From positions 19,576 to 83,575 of the forward strand of contig BTTE01000002.1 in NCBI GenBank assembly GCA_036244975.1: 64,000 nucleotides of DNA, in the 5' to 3' direction. A program made the translations under genes and the position numbers. Position 1 is the first letter of the stretch; every line of letters starts with the position of its first letter. This DNA is from a bacterium (GTDB taxonomy: Bacteria > Bacteroidota > Bacteroidia > Bacteroidales > F082). The notes beneath the pieces were generated by a model. The model was not told the origin of the DNA. It saw only the letters and a program-made list of their open reading frames with translations, and ran no database searches. Below, in pieces: positions 27,457 through 38,798 of this stretch.

Positions 27457-30400
27457 ATGGGGAAGAAATATCAGGAATACAAACAGTTGAACCTGCCGCA
27501 GGTGGGTGATGAAATCAGGGAATTCTGGAAGGCACATCAGGTTTTTGAAAAGAGCCTGAAGAACCGGGAAGGAAACACCCCTTTTGTGTTTTACGAAGGG
27601 CCGCCTTCGGCCAACGGCAAACCCGGTATTCATCACGTTATGGCGCGTGCCATTAAAGACCTGTTCTGTCGCTACCAGACGCAAAAAGGAAAATACGTTC
27701 AACGCAAAGCCGGATGGGATACCCATGGCCTTCCGGTGGAGATTAGCGTGGAGAAAACACTGGGAATTACCAAGGAAGATATCGGAAAGAAAATCAGTGT
27801 GGAAGAGTACAACAATGCCTGCCGCAAAGAGGTGCTCAGATACAAAGATATGTGGGATGACCTGACCGAAAAAATAGGCTATTGGGTTGATTTGGAGCAT
27901 CCTTATATCACTTTTGACAACAAATATATTGAGTCGGTCTGGTACCTGCTGAAACAACTTTACGAAAAAGGACTGCTGTATAAAGGCTATTCTATCCAGC
28001 CCTACTCGCCGGCTGCCGGCACAGGACTGAGTACGCACGAGCTGAACCAGCCCGGATGCTACCGCGATGTGACAGATACCACAGCAGTGGCACAATTTAA
28101 GGTAATTCGCAATGCCCGATCGGAATTTTTGTTTGAAGATACCGGTAGCGATGTCTGTTTCATTGCCTGGACCACCACTCCCTGGACATTGCCTTCCAAT
28201 ACGGCACTGGCTGTGGGGCGAAAAATCAATTACCTGAAAGTTAAAACTTTCAATCCTTACACCGGTATTCCCGAAGTGGTCATTCTGGCCGAAGACCAGT
28301 TAGATGCCTATTTCCATCCAAAAGACAAAGACCTTGTGTTTGAAGATTATAAACCCGGAGATAAACACATTCCTTTCAGGGTGCTGGCAAATTATCCGGG
28401 TGGGCAGCTTACGGGTATTTCCTACGAGCAGCTGTTTCCCTGGGTAAAACCCATGGGCAAAGCTTTTGAGGTAATCACCGGTGATTTTGTTACTACCGAA
28501 GAGGGTACGGGAATCGTCCACATTGCCCCCACTTTTGGTGCCGATGACGACCGTGTAGCCAAAGAAACCGGTATTGCTCCGCTGATTTTGCTGGATAAAA
28601 ACGGTGAAAAACGTCCCATGGTCGATTTAAAAGGTCGCTTTTATGTGGTGGAAATGCTGGATGAGCAGTTTGTGAAAGATTTTGTGAATATTGATTTGTA
28701 TAGCGAATACGCCGGCCGTTATGTGAAAAATGCTTACGACGAAAGCCTTAACGACAAGGATGGCAGTCTCGATATTGATCTCGCTGTTGCTTTGAAAAAA
28801 GAAAACAAGGTTTTCCGGATTGAAAAACATGTCCATAATTATCCCCATTGCTGGCGTACCGACAAGCCCATTTTGTATTATCCGTTAGACTCGTGGTTTG
28901 TGAAAACCACGCAGCTGAAAGAGCGGATGATTGCGCTCAACAAAACCATTAAATGGAAACCGAAGACTACCGGCGAAGGCCGTTTTGGTAACTGGTTAGA
29001 AAACCTGGTGGACTGGAATCTGTCGCGTTCACGCTTTTGGGGCGTTCCGTTGCCCATTTGGGTTACAGAAGATCGCAACGAACAAAAATGCCTCGGTTCA
29101 GCCGCCGAGCTAAAAGCCGAAGTGGAAAAAGCTATGGCTGCCGGCGTTATGGATGAAAATCCGATGAAGGATTTCGATCCTGATGACATGAGTAACAAAA
29201 ACTACCGGACTTTTGATTTCCATCGTCCTTATGTGGATAAAATTGTTTTGGTTTCCGACAGCGGCAAAAAAATGTACCGCGAACCCTCACTTATTGATGT
29301 GTGGTTCGACTCGGGTTCCATGCCTTATGCCCAGTTGCACTATCCTTTTGAAAACAAAGAGACTTTTTTGAAAAACTACCCTGCCGACTTCATCGCCGAA
29401 GGCGTGGATCAAACCCGCGGATGGTTTTTTACGTTACATGCCATAGCCACCATGCTTTTCGATTCGGTAGCTTACAAAACGGTGGTTTCCAACGGTCTGG
29501 TACTGGATAAAAACGGCAATAAAATGTCGAAACGTCTCAATAATACCATAGATCCGTTTTCCACCGTTGAGAAATACGGTGCCGATGCAACACGCTGGTA
29601 TTTGATTACCAATTCACAGCCCTGGGATAATCTGCGTTTTGACCTTGCCGGCATTGATGAAATCAGAAGAAAATTCTTCGGTACACTGCACAATACTTAC
29701 GCTTTTTTTGCCCTGTATGCCAATATTGATGGCTTTACTTACCATGAAAAAGAGATTCCTGTGGAAAACCGTTCGGAGCTTGACCGATGGATACTCTCCG
29801 AACTGAATTCGCTCACCAAAACCGTGGATGAGGCTTACGCCGATTATGAACCGACACATGCCGGGCGCGCCATTCAGTATTTTGTGAATGAGCATCTCAG
29901 CAACTGGTATGTACGACTGTCGAGAAGAAGATTCTGGAAAGGCAGCTATTCGGAGGATAAAATTCAGGCTTACCAAACGCTTTATCGCTGCCTTGAAGTA
30001 GTAGCACAACTTGCTGCGCCCATTGCGCCATTTTATGCAGAGCGTTTATTTAAAGATTTGAACGATGTCAGTGGCAAAATAAAGGCCGAATCGGTGCATC
30101 TCACCAATTTTCCCGTGGCAGATGAAAAGCAGATTGACAAATCACTGGAAGAGCGCATGGAGCTGGCACAAAAAATCTCGTCTATGATTCTCTCTCTGCG
30201 GAAAAAAACAAATATTCGTGTACGGCAACCTCTCAACAAGGTGATGATACCCGTGTTGGATGCCCGTTTTCAGAAACAGGTTCAGGCCGTGGAAGACCTT
30301 ATCCTTTCGGAGACAAACATCAAGCAGATTGAATACATTACCGGAGATTCGGATGTGCTGGTGAAGAAAATTAAACCCGACTTTAAAACGTTGGGGCCCA

Positions 30401-30891
30401 AATACGGTAAAATAATGAAACAGCTTGCCGCCATTATCAATTCGTTGGGACAGGAGGAGATCAGGAAACTCGAAAACGAAGATATACTTACACTTAACGT
30501 GAACGGTCAGCCGATTGAAATTTCCAAAGAGGATGTGGAAATAACCACACGGGATATTCCCGGATGGAGTGTGATTACCACAGATAATCTGACAGTAGCG
30601 CTGGATATTACCATCACCGGCACATTGAAAAATGAGGGCCTTGCCCGCGAGCTGGTAAACCGCATTCAAAATATACGAAAGGAAATGGGGCTAAAGGTTA
30701 CCGACCGTATTTCATTACAAATAGTGAAAGCGAAAGCAACATTTGAGGCTTTCCAATTGTTTAAAGACTATATTTGCACCGAGACTTTGGCCGACCTTAC
30801 CCTCGTCGAAACGCCTTTAAACAATGGTTTTGAGGTTATTGACCTAACCGGAGGAACTTCTGCCAAAATAAAAATTGAGAAAAGGAAATAA
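27457..30891 (+). CDS. ileS: isoleucine--tRNA ligase (long, type 2)
   Basis: HIGH-type motif PSANGKPGIHHV, KMSKS motif NKMSKR, editing domain, total about 1144 aa. ATG at 27457; the track ORF begins at a TTG at 27430. Confidence 0.95.
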   Translation: MGKKYQEYKQLNLPQVGDEIREFWKAHQVFEKSLKNREGNTPFVFYEGPPSANGKPGIHHVMARAIKDLFCRYQTQKGKYVQRKAGWDTHGLPVEISVEKTLGITKEDIGKKISVEEYNNACRKEVLRYKDMWDDLTEKIGYWVDLEHPYITFDNKYIESVWYLLKQLYEKGLLYKGYSIQPYSPAAGTGLSTHELNQPGCYRDVTDTTAVAQFKVIRNARSEFLFEDTGSDVCFIAWTTTPWTLPSNTALAVGRKINYLKVKTFNPYTGIPEVVILAEDQLDAYFHPKDKDLVFEDYKPGDKHIPFRVLANYPGGQLTGISYEQLFPWVKPMGKAFEVITGDFVTTEEGTGIVHIAPTFGADDDRVAKETGIAPLILLDKNGEKRPMVDLKGRFYVVEMLDEQFVKDFVNIDLYSEYAGRYVKNAYDESLNDKDGSLDIDLAVALKKENKVFRIEKHVHNYPHCWRTDKPILYYPLDSWFVKTTQLKERMIALNKTIKWKPKTTGEGRFGNWLENLVDWNLSRSRFWGVPLPIWVTEDRNEQKCLGSAAELKAEVEKAMAAGVMDENPMKDFDPDDMSNKNYRTFDFHRPYVDKIVLVSDSGKKMYREPSLIDVWFDSGSMPYAQLHYPFENKETFLKNYPADFIAEGVDQTRGWFFTLHAIATMLFDSVAYKTVVSNGLVLDKNGNKMSKRLNNTIDPFSTVEKYGADATRWYLITNSQPWDNLRFDLAGIDEIRRKFFGTLHNTYAFFALYANIDGFTYHEKEIPVENRSELDRWILSELNSLTKTVDEAYADYEPTHAGRAIQYFVNEHLSNWYVRLSRRRFWKGSYSEDKIQAYQTLYRCLEVVAQLAAPIAPFYAERLFKDLNDVSGKIKAESVHLTNFPVADEKQIDKSLEERMELAQKISSMILSLRKKTNIRVRQPLNKVMIPVLDARFQKQVQAVEDLILSETNIKQIEYITGDSDVLVKKIKPDFKTLGPKYGKIMKQLAAIINSLGQEEIRKLENEDILTLNVNGQPIEISKEDVEITTRDIPGWSVITTDNLTVALDITITGTLKNEGLARELVNRIQNIRKEMGLKVTDRISLQIVKAKATFEAFQLFKDYICTETLADLTLVETPLNNGFEVIDLTGGTSAKIKIEKRK

Positions 30892-30957
30892 AAATTGAAA
30901 AATATTTTGTATTTTTAGAACGGTTAATACTAATTATTAACACTAAAACATGAGGCC

Positions 30958-31368
30958 ATGAAAGAGAAGAAAACAGAAGAAAAATTAAGGTATTCTAGCG
31001 AAGAGTTGGAGGAGTTCAGGCAGATTATCATGCAAAAATTGAAAAAGGCACGTGCTGACCTCAAACTACTTACCGAAGCATACACCAACAACAGCGGTTC
31101 TGACACCAATGATACTTCCCCGACTTTTAAAGTGCTGGAAGAGGGGCAGCAGGTATTGTCGAAAGAAGAGAACAGCCGTCTTGCCGCCCGTCAGCAACGT
31201 TTTATCAACAACCTGGAAAATGCTCTGGTTCGTATTGAAAACGGAACCTACGGTATTTGTCGCGAAACCGGCAAACTGATTTCCAAAGAGCGACTGCGCG
31301 CAGTTCCTCATGCCACATTGAGCATTGAAGCCAAAACAAGGCAACGGAAAAATAATATCAATAATTAG
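30958..31368 (+). CDS. DksA/TraR family protein
   Basis: 136 aa. Coiled-coil N-terminal part and C-terminal region NGTYGICRETGKLISKERLRAVPHATLSIEAK, typical of Bacteroidota DksA/TraR-like proteins found between ileS and lspA. Confidence 0.75.
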   Translation: MKEKKTEEKLRYSSEELEEFRQIIMQKLKKARADLKLLTEAYTNNSGSDTNDTSPTFKVLEEGQQVLSKEENSRLAARQQRFINNLENALVRIENGTYGICRETGKLISKERLRAVPHATLSIEAKTRQRKNNINN

Positions 31369-31394
31369 TTGATGATTTCTCATAAAACAGTGTT

Positions 31395-32009
31395 TTGAAA
31401 AAATCTGCTTTGGTGATTATTCTGGTTTTGTTACTTGACCAGGCGTTAAAGTTTTACATCAAACTCACCCTGCCGATGGGAGGGAATATTCCTGTGTTTG
31501 GCCACTGGTTTTCCCTGTATTTTACCGAAAATAACGGGATGGCTTTTGGTATGCAGTTTGCCGGCAGCTGGGGAAAACTGGCGCTGAGTGTTTTTAGAAT
31601 CCTCGCTATTACCGGAATTGGATTTTTGTTGTACTATCTTATCCGGCGAAACAGCAGTACGGGAATGATTATCAGCATGTCGCTTATTTTTGCCGGGGCT
31701 TTCGGAAATATTATTGACAGTGCTTTTTACGGTCTCATATTTTCACAAAGCACTTTCCATTCAGTGGCTACTCTGGTGCCTTTCGGGCATGGTTATGCAG
31801 GTTTTTTACACGGCAAAGTGGTGGACATGCTCTATTTTCCGTTGATAAATATCGCACAATCGGATGCCCCCTCCTGGATTCCAGGATTTTTATTCGGTCC
31901 CGATGGTCATTTGGTTTTTTTCAGGCCTATCTTTGATGTTGCCGATGCCTCTATTACCATCGGTGTTTCCTGGCTTTTTTTGTTTCACGGAAAGAAATTA
32001 CACATCTAA
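31395..32009 (+). CDS. lspA: lipoprotein signal peptidase (signal peptidase II)
   Basis: 204 aa, four TM segments, motifs NNGMAFG and FNIADxxI-like (FDVADASITIG). Classic ileS-lspA linkage. TTG start as given by the ORF track. Confidence 0.88.
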   Translation: MKKSALVIILVLLLDQALKFYIKLTLPMGGNIPVFGHWFSLYFTENNGMAFGMQFAGSWGKLALSVFRILAITGIGFLLYYLIRRNSSTGMIISMSLIFAGAFGNIIDSAFYGLIFSQSTFHSVATLVPFGHGYAGFLHGKVVDMLYFPLINIAQSDAPSWIPGFLFGPDGHLVFFRPIFDVADASITIGVSWLFLFHGKKLHI

Positions 32010-32096
32010 ATATCAGGAAAAAATACCAAGGCGATTTTTTTGGAATTTTATTCGCGAAAATCCTTTTTAAGCCAAAATTAAATAATATTTAATTTA

Positions 32097-32104
32097 TATC
32101 TTTG
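32097..32104 (+). promoter_or_regulatory. -7 promoter box (TATCTTTG) upstream of atpD
   Basis: Exact TAnnTTTG, 34 nt upstream of the ATG at 32138. Confidence 0.45.
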
Positions 32105-32113
32105 CCCCAATAA

Positions 32114-33646
<1,533 letters not shown>

Positions 33647-33700
33647 TCATAACTTTTTGATAAAAATATCCTTATTTCTCAACAAAAACCCGAGTAGAAA

Positions 33701-33934
33701 ATGAACCTTGAAATTATCACACCCGATAAAACCATTTTTAAAGGAGAAGTTGATTTGGTTCAATTGCCGGGGATTGATGGCTCTTTTGAAATTTTAAACA
33801 ACCATGCCCCTTTAATATCCGCTTTGGGAGAAGGAATTATCAAAATTCGGAAAGGGAAATCAGAAGATTTTTTTGAAGTAAAAGCAGGCGTAATTGAGGT
33901 GCTTGATAACAAGGTATTGGTTTTGGCCGGATAG
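33701..33934 (+). CDS. atpC: F0F1 ATP synthase subunit epsilon (short form)
   Basis: 77 aa. N-terminal beta-sandwich sequence LEIITPDKTIFKGEVDLVQLPGIDGSFEILNNHAP directly after atpD. Confidence 0.88.
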   Translation: MNLEIITPDKTIFKGEVDLVQLPGIDGSFEILNNHAPLISALGEGIIKIRKGKSEDFFEVKAGVIEVLDNKVLVLAG

Positions 33935-34033
33935 TTTCTGCAACGTTATATCTTAAAAAACAAAAGCGGTTCTTTACAAATGCAAAGATACAGCTATTTC
34001 AGGCGGCCTTTCGGAAGTTTTGGAAAAACCTTT

Positions 34034-36484
34034 TCACTCATATTTCAGCGCCTCCACAGGCCGTTTGCGAACCATAAAAAGAGCTTGCAACAATACCGTG
34101 AAAAAGGCGATGAACAGCACAAAAACAATTCCTGCAACAAAATACCAAAGGCTTAGATGAATGTGGTAGGCAAAACTGTTTAGCCATTTCGCGATGAAGA
34201 AATAAACCACCGGCGAGATGAGCACTCCGGCCACCAGAACCAGAACGACATACTCTTTCACCAGCATCAGTACAATTTGTTTCTCCGAACCACCCAGCAC
34301 TTTCCGGATACTGATTTCTTTTGACCGCTGTTCGATAAGAAACGATGAGAGGCCGAAAAGTCCCAACGCGGAGATTAATATTACAAACAGTGAAAAATAG
34401 AAAAAAAGCGAGAGCATTTTCTGATCGCTGCGGTAAAGTGTGTCGAGTTTTTGGTCAAGAAAAGTGTAATACATGGTGTAGCCCTTGTTGGACTTGTTCC
34501 AGGAGGCCTGTAAATGTGCCAGCGCTTCCCTGCGTTTTTCCGGATTAATACGCAGCACTACATACTGCACATATTGCGGCCTCAAGACAAAAATCAACGG
34601 CTCAACCTGCTGATGCAGAGAGGAAAAGTTGAAATTTTTCACCACCCCAATGATTTTTCCTTTCTTGGTGAACGGTGTGTGCAGGTAGCTGTCGACAGGA
34701 TGTTTGAGATGCAGAAAATCTACCGCCGCTTCGTTCAGAATAAAATGCTCGGTGGAATCATTTTCTTTAACAGAAGAAAAATACCGACCTTCCGACAACG
34801 GGATTTTCAGCAGATCAAAATAGTGATAACCCACAAAAAAGCTGTTCAGCGTTTGCATGTGTCCATCTGCTGAATCTCCTGTGCTCACAAGGATTTTTCC
34901 GGTGAGGTAACCGGGAAGACTGGAAGCGGTGGCTACCTGCTCAATGGCCGGATCTGCCTGTAAAGCAGCCACAAAACTTTTCACCCTCCCACGGAAAGAG
35001 GTGTCGGCCGGACTATTCACCACAACCACATTTTCTTTGTCAAAACCGAGAGGGCGGTTTTTAACATAATGTATTTGTGCAAAAATAATTAGCGTGGAAA
35101 TGATGACGCCAATGGCAACAAGATACTGAACTACAACGAGGAGCTTACGAAGTCCGGCAGCTGTAAACGAATGTCTTTTTTTAGTCCTGAAAACGATACC
35201 TCTTCCACCGAGTACCTCAACCGGCTGCAAAGAAGAAAGAACAAAAGCAGGAAAACTGCCGCTGAGCAAAGCGAGAAGCAGCATAAACAAAAGTAGCAGG
35301 AAACCAAAAACAAGTCCGGAACCGGAGAACAGACTATGCACCAGTGTAATATGTCTGTTTACCAGTGTGTTGAAAACCGGAATCATTAGCTCCACGAGGC
35401 TCAGCGAAATAATAAAAGCCGTAGAAGTGAGTATCAGCGCTTCACTGATATATTGCCGCATCAATTGCTTTCGCGAGGCGCCCATCACCTTGCGTACTCC
35501 GATTTCCCTCGCTCGTTTTAGCGATCGCGCAGTAGCAAAATTGACATAGTTTATGGAAGCCATCAACAAAATAAAAAGAGCAACAATCACAAAAATGTAA
35601 AGATAAGTTACGTTGATGTTGGAATGGCTGTCGTAAAGCAGATCTTTTGAAAAGTGGATTTTCTGAATGGGCTGGTAATTCAACCGGCTGTACCCGTTGA
35701 TTTTAATCTTTTGTTTCTGCATATAATGCCGTATGGCGGTATCCACATAATAGTTCGTCCTTTGGGTAAAAGCCTGAAGGTTCACCGTATCTGCAAGTTC
35801 CACATAAGTATAACAATTTATCCAAAACCAGTTGCTATTCAGCTGTTTCTGTTCCTCTTTATCCAGCGAATTGGTTGAAATTACCGCATCAAAATCTAAA
35901 TGCGAAGGCCGGTTTTTGTTATCAAAAACACCGGTTATCGTATATTGACGTATGCTTGTTTTCAGTTTTTTACCAAGGGCGGGTTTATCCCCGAAAATTT
36001 CCTGTTTCATGGCCGTGGAAAGCACCAGGCTGTTGGGTTTTAGCAGGCTGCTGTCCGGATTACCTTCTGTAAAATTGTAATTGAAAATTTTAAAAAGCCG
36101 CGCATCTCCAATGGTCAGGTTAGGAATATCGTATAGTTTTCCCTTGTAATTGACTGACGAAACATCATTTTTGTCCGAAGGGTCGGTAAAAAACAGGCGG
36201 GTTGATTCCAGAACTCCGGGAAAATTATCTTTCAGCCTGTCTGCCAGCAAATAAGGTGTCAGCGCCATTTTTTCCACCTTCCCACCGGTGGAATAGGCCT
36301 CGTTTACGCGATAGATATGATGATAATTTTTCCAGCTCCTATCGTAATAAAGGGCATTTTCCACATAGAGATAGATGAAGACAAAGGCTACGATGCCGAT
36401 GGTCAGGCCGGCGAGATTCAGTAGAAAATAATTTTTCTGCCTGAGCAAAACACGAAATCCCATACGAAAAAAGTTGGCCCACAT
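34034..36484 (-). CDS. ABC transporter permease (double FtsX/MacB-type, ~800 aa Bacteroidota class)
   Basis: 816 aa. Two FtsX modules (REIGVRKVMGAS and KEISIRKVLGGS), each preceded by a large extracytoplasmic domain. Confidence 0.85.
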   Translation of the reverse strand: MWANFFRMGFRVLLRQKNYFLLNLAGLTIGIVAFVFIYLYVENALYYDRSWKNYHHIYRVNEAYSTGGKVEKMALTPYLLADRLKDNFPGVLESTRLFFTDPSDKNDVSSVNYKGKLYDIPNLTIGDARLFKIFNYNFTEGNPDSSLLKPNSLVLSTAMKQEIFGDKPALGKKLKTSIRQYTITGVFDNKNRPSHLDFDAVISTNSLDKEEQKQLNSNWFWINCYTYVELADTVNLQAFTQRTNYYVDTAIRHYMQKQKIKINGYSRLNYQPIQKIHFSKDLLYDSHSNINVTYLYIFVIVALFILLMASINYVNFATARSLKRAREIGVRKVMGASRKQLMRQYISEALILTSTAFIISLSLVELMIPVFNTLVNRHITLVHSLFSGSGLVFGFLLLLFMLLLALLSGSFPAFVLSSLQPVEVLGGRGIVFRTKKRHSFTAAGLRKLLVVVQYLVAIGVIISTLIIFAQIHYVKNRPLGFDKENVVVVNSPADTSFRGRVKSFVAALQADPAIEQVATASSLPGYLTGKILVSTGDSADGHMQTLNSFFVGYHYFDLLKIPLSEGRYFSSVKENDSTEHFILNEAAVDFLHLKHPVDSYLHTPFTKKGKIIGVVKNFNFSSLHQQVEPLIFVLRPQYVQYVVLRINPEKRREALAHLQASWNKSNKGYTMYYTFLDQKLDTLYRSDQKMLSLFFYFSLFVILISALGLFGLSSFLIEQRSKEISIRKVLGGSEKQIVLMLVKEYVVLVLVAGVLISPVVYFFIAKWLNSFAYHIHLSLWYFVAGIVFVLFIAFFTVLLQALFMVRKRPVEALKYE

Positions 36485-36488
36485 AATC

Positions 36489-37169
36489 TTAAATTCGATT
36501 TAAATTCTCATTGATTATCTGACCGTCAAACAGGTGAACGATGCGCCGGCTGTAGCTGGCATCGTGGTGCGAGTGGGTAACCATAACTATGGTCATTCCC
36601 TCTTTGTTTAGCTCATTGAGGATATTCATCACATCCTCTCCATGCATGGAATCTAAGTTGCCGGTGGGTTCATCTGCCAGCAAAAGGCGGGGACGTGTTA
36701 CGATAGCTCGTGCCACAGCTACCCGTTGCTGCTGTCCGCCCGACAGTTGCACAGGCAGTAAATCCTTTCGGTGGCTGATTTCCAACCTGTCGATAACCTC
36801 CATAACCCGCTTTTTCCGCTCTGTTCTTTTCACGCCCTGATAAATCAAAGGTAATTCGATATTTTCCAAAAGACTTAGTTCATCAATCAGGTTGAAATTC
36901 TGGAAAACAAAGCCGATATTCTGTTTCCGTAAACGGGTTATCTGCTTTTCCGACAGACGATAAATATCTTTCCCCATAAAATGATAGCTGCCGGAAGAGG
37001 CAATATCAATCATTCCCAACAGGTTCAGCAAGGTGGTCTTCCCACAACCGGATGGGCCCATAACCGACATAAACTCACCTTCTTCCACCTTCAGATTAAT
37101 GCCGGCCAGCGCAACCGTTTCAATATCAGATGATATAAATACCTTTTTTAATTGTTTTATTTCGATCAT
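36489..37169 (-). CDS. ABC transporter ATP-binding protein (MacB/LolD type)
   Basis: Walker A GPSGCGKTT, signature LSGGQQQR, Walker B LLLADEPTG. Lies 4 nt upstream of the permease gene. Confidence 0.9.
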   Translation of the reverse strand: MIEIKQLKKVFISSDIETVALAGINLKVEEGEFMSVMGPSGCGKTTLLNLLGMIDIASSGSYHFMGKDIYRLSEKQITRLRKQNIGFVFQNFNLIDELSLLENIELPLIYQGVKRTERKKRVMEVIDRLEISHRKDLLPVQLSGGQQQRVAVARAIVTRPRLLLADEPTGNLDSMHGEDVMNILNELNKEGMTIVMVTHSHHDASYSRRIVHLFDGQIINENLNRI

Positions 37170-37421
37170 TTTTTGGCTTGGCTATCTCAGAACAAATGTA
37201 ATCTTTTCCCCTTATTTGAAAACCTTTTGCCTTTGAACGAGCGGAAAAGGTTTAAATATTTTTAACGAATATCATGCCAGCCAAATTATACGGTTGATTA
37301 ACAGTGTGTTGAATTTATTTTTTTAAAAAAGTGTAACAATTAGTGTTCGGAAACGTTCATATTCTTGTACCTACATGGACAATTATCAGTAATTTTAACC
37401 CGAAATTTAAGACCTTCAGGT

Positions 37422-38798
37422 ATGGCCAAAATTAACGCCCGCATTTTAGTTGTAGATGATGATACTGACATTTTGCTGGCGGCAAAAATGTTTCTACGAC
37501 AATATTTTCAGATAATTCACACCGAAAAAAATCCCGGACATATTCCCGATTTGTTACGCAACGAAACCTATGATGTTATCTTGCTGGACATGAATTTTTC
37601 GCGCGATGCGAATACCGGTCAGGAAGGTTTTCACTGGTTAAACAAAATTCTTGAAATTGACCCGGCAGCTATTGTGATTTTTATCACTGGTTACGGCGAC
37701 ATAGAACTGGCGGTACAGGGGATAAAGGAAGGTGCAACCAACTTTATTCTAAAACCCTGGGAAAACAATAAATTGCTGGCAACCATCGAGGCATCGCTGA
37801 GAATCAGAGTGTCGAAAGTTGAGCTGGAAAATCTCAGATTCACCAATAAACTTTTGGTAGCCGACCAGGATCATGTTTTCAGTAACATCATCGGAAAATC
37901 GGAGGCTATGAATAAGGTTTTGAAAACCGTGGAGAAGGTAGCAAAAACCGATGCTAATGTACTGATTCTCGGGGAAAACGGAACGGGAAAAGAGGTGATT
38001 GCCCGTGCGATCCACCGTGCTTCCCCACGGAAAGATAAAATGTTTATCAACGTTGATCTGGGCGCCATCACAGAAAGTCTTTTCGAGAGTGAGCTTTTCG
38101 GATACAAAAAAGGCGCTTTTACCGATGCTCGCGAAGACCGTGCCGGACGTTTTGAAGCAGCCAGCAACGGCACGCTGTTTTTAGATGAAATCGGCAACCT
38201 GCTGCCCAACCTGCAGTCGAAACTGCTGAGCGTATTGCAGAGCCGCAAAGTAGTGCGCCTTGGATCGCACAAAGAGATTCCTGTGGATGTCCGGCTTATT
38301 TGCGCCACCAACATGCCGTTGTATGAGATGGTGAAAGAAAACAAGTTCCGCCAGGACCTGCTTTATCGCATTAACACTGTGGAGATTACCATTCCGCCGC
38401 TGCGCGATCGCGTTGAAGACATTGAACCGCTGCTGAATCATTTTCTGGAGATCTATTGTAAGAAATATAAAATGCCGCAAAAACGCATTAACCCGGGAAC
38501 GTTAAAACGGCTTCAAAAACACAACTGGCCGGGAAATATCCGAGAGTTGCAACATGCCGTGGAAAGAGCAATCATCCTTAGCGAGGAGAATTTGCTGGAA
38601 CCTCAGGACTTTTTTATGAATGAGGTTTCCGAAAATCAGGAGGGGGTTTTCCCTGTGAACATGAACCTCGAAGAAACGGAAAAAATGCTCATTCGCAAGG
38701 TCGTGGACAAACATGGCGGGAACATTAGCCGGGCCGCCAAAGAGCTGGGGCTCACCCGCGCTTCACTTTACCGAAGAATTGAAAAGCATGGTTTATAA
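37422..38798 (+). CDS. sigma-54-dependent response regulator (NtrC family)
   Basis: Receiver domain (ILVVDDD...LLDMNF), AAA+ domain with GENGTGKE and the GAFTGA-type loop (KKGAFTDA), C-terminal Fis-type HTH. The ATG at 37422 is preferred. Confidence 0.9.
   Translation: MAKINARILVVDDDTDILLAAKMFLRQYFQIIHTEKNPGHIPDLLRNETYDVILLDMNFSRDANTGQEGFHWLNKILEIDPAAIVIFITGYGDIELAVQGIKEGATNFILKPWENNKLLATIEASLRIRVSKVELENLRFTNKLLVADQDHVFSNIIGKSEAMNKVLKTVEKVAKTDANVLILGENGTGKEVIARAIHRASPRKDKMFINVDLGAITESLFESELFGYKKGAFTDAREDRAGRFEAASNGTLFLDEIGNLLPNLQSKLLSVLQSRKVVRLGSHKEIPVDVRLICATNMPLYEMVKENKFRQDLLYRINTVEITIPPLRDRVEDIEPLLNHFLEIYCKKYKMPQKRINPGTLKRLQKHNWPGNIRELQHAVERAIILSEENLLEPQDFFMNEVSENQEGVFPVNMNLEETEKMLIRKVVDKHGGNISRAAKELGLTRASLYRRIEKHGL

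Noticed and set aside
27376-28095. 239-aa ORF on the minus strand overlapping the 5' part of ileS
   Set aside because: It is antisense to a strongly supported ileS coding region and has a low-complexity, motif-free translation. The same applies to other long antisense ORFs in the track, for example 7751..8659, 16074..16760, 42840..43574, 43925..44440, 56514..57110 and 10874..11503.
33935-34033. Possible further copy of the structured element between atpC and the FtsX permease gene (AACGTTATATCTTAA ... GGCCTTTCGGAAGT)
   Set aside because: The end-like and hairpin-like strings occur in the wrong relative order on both strands, and no closing helix can be drawn. This is probably chance similarity.
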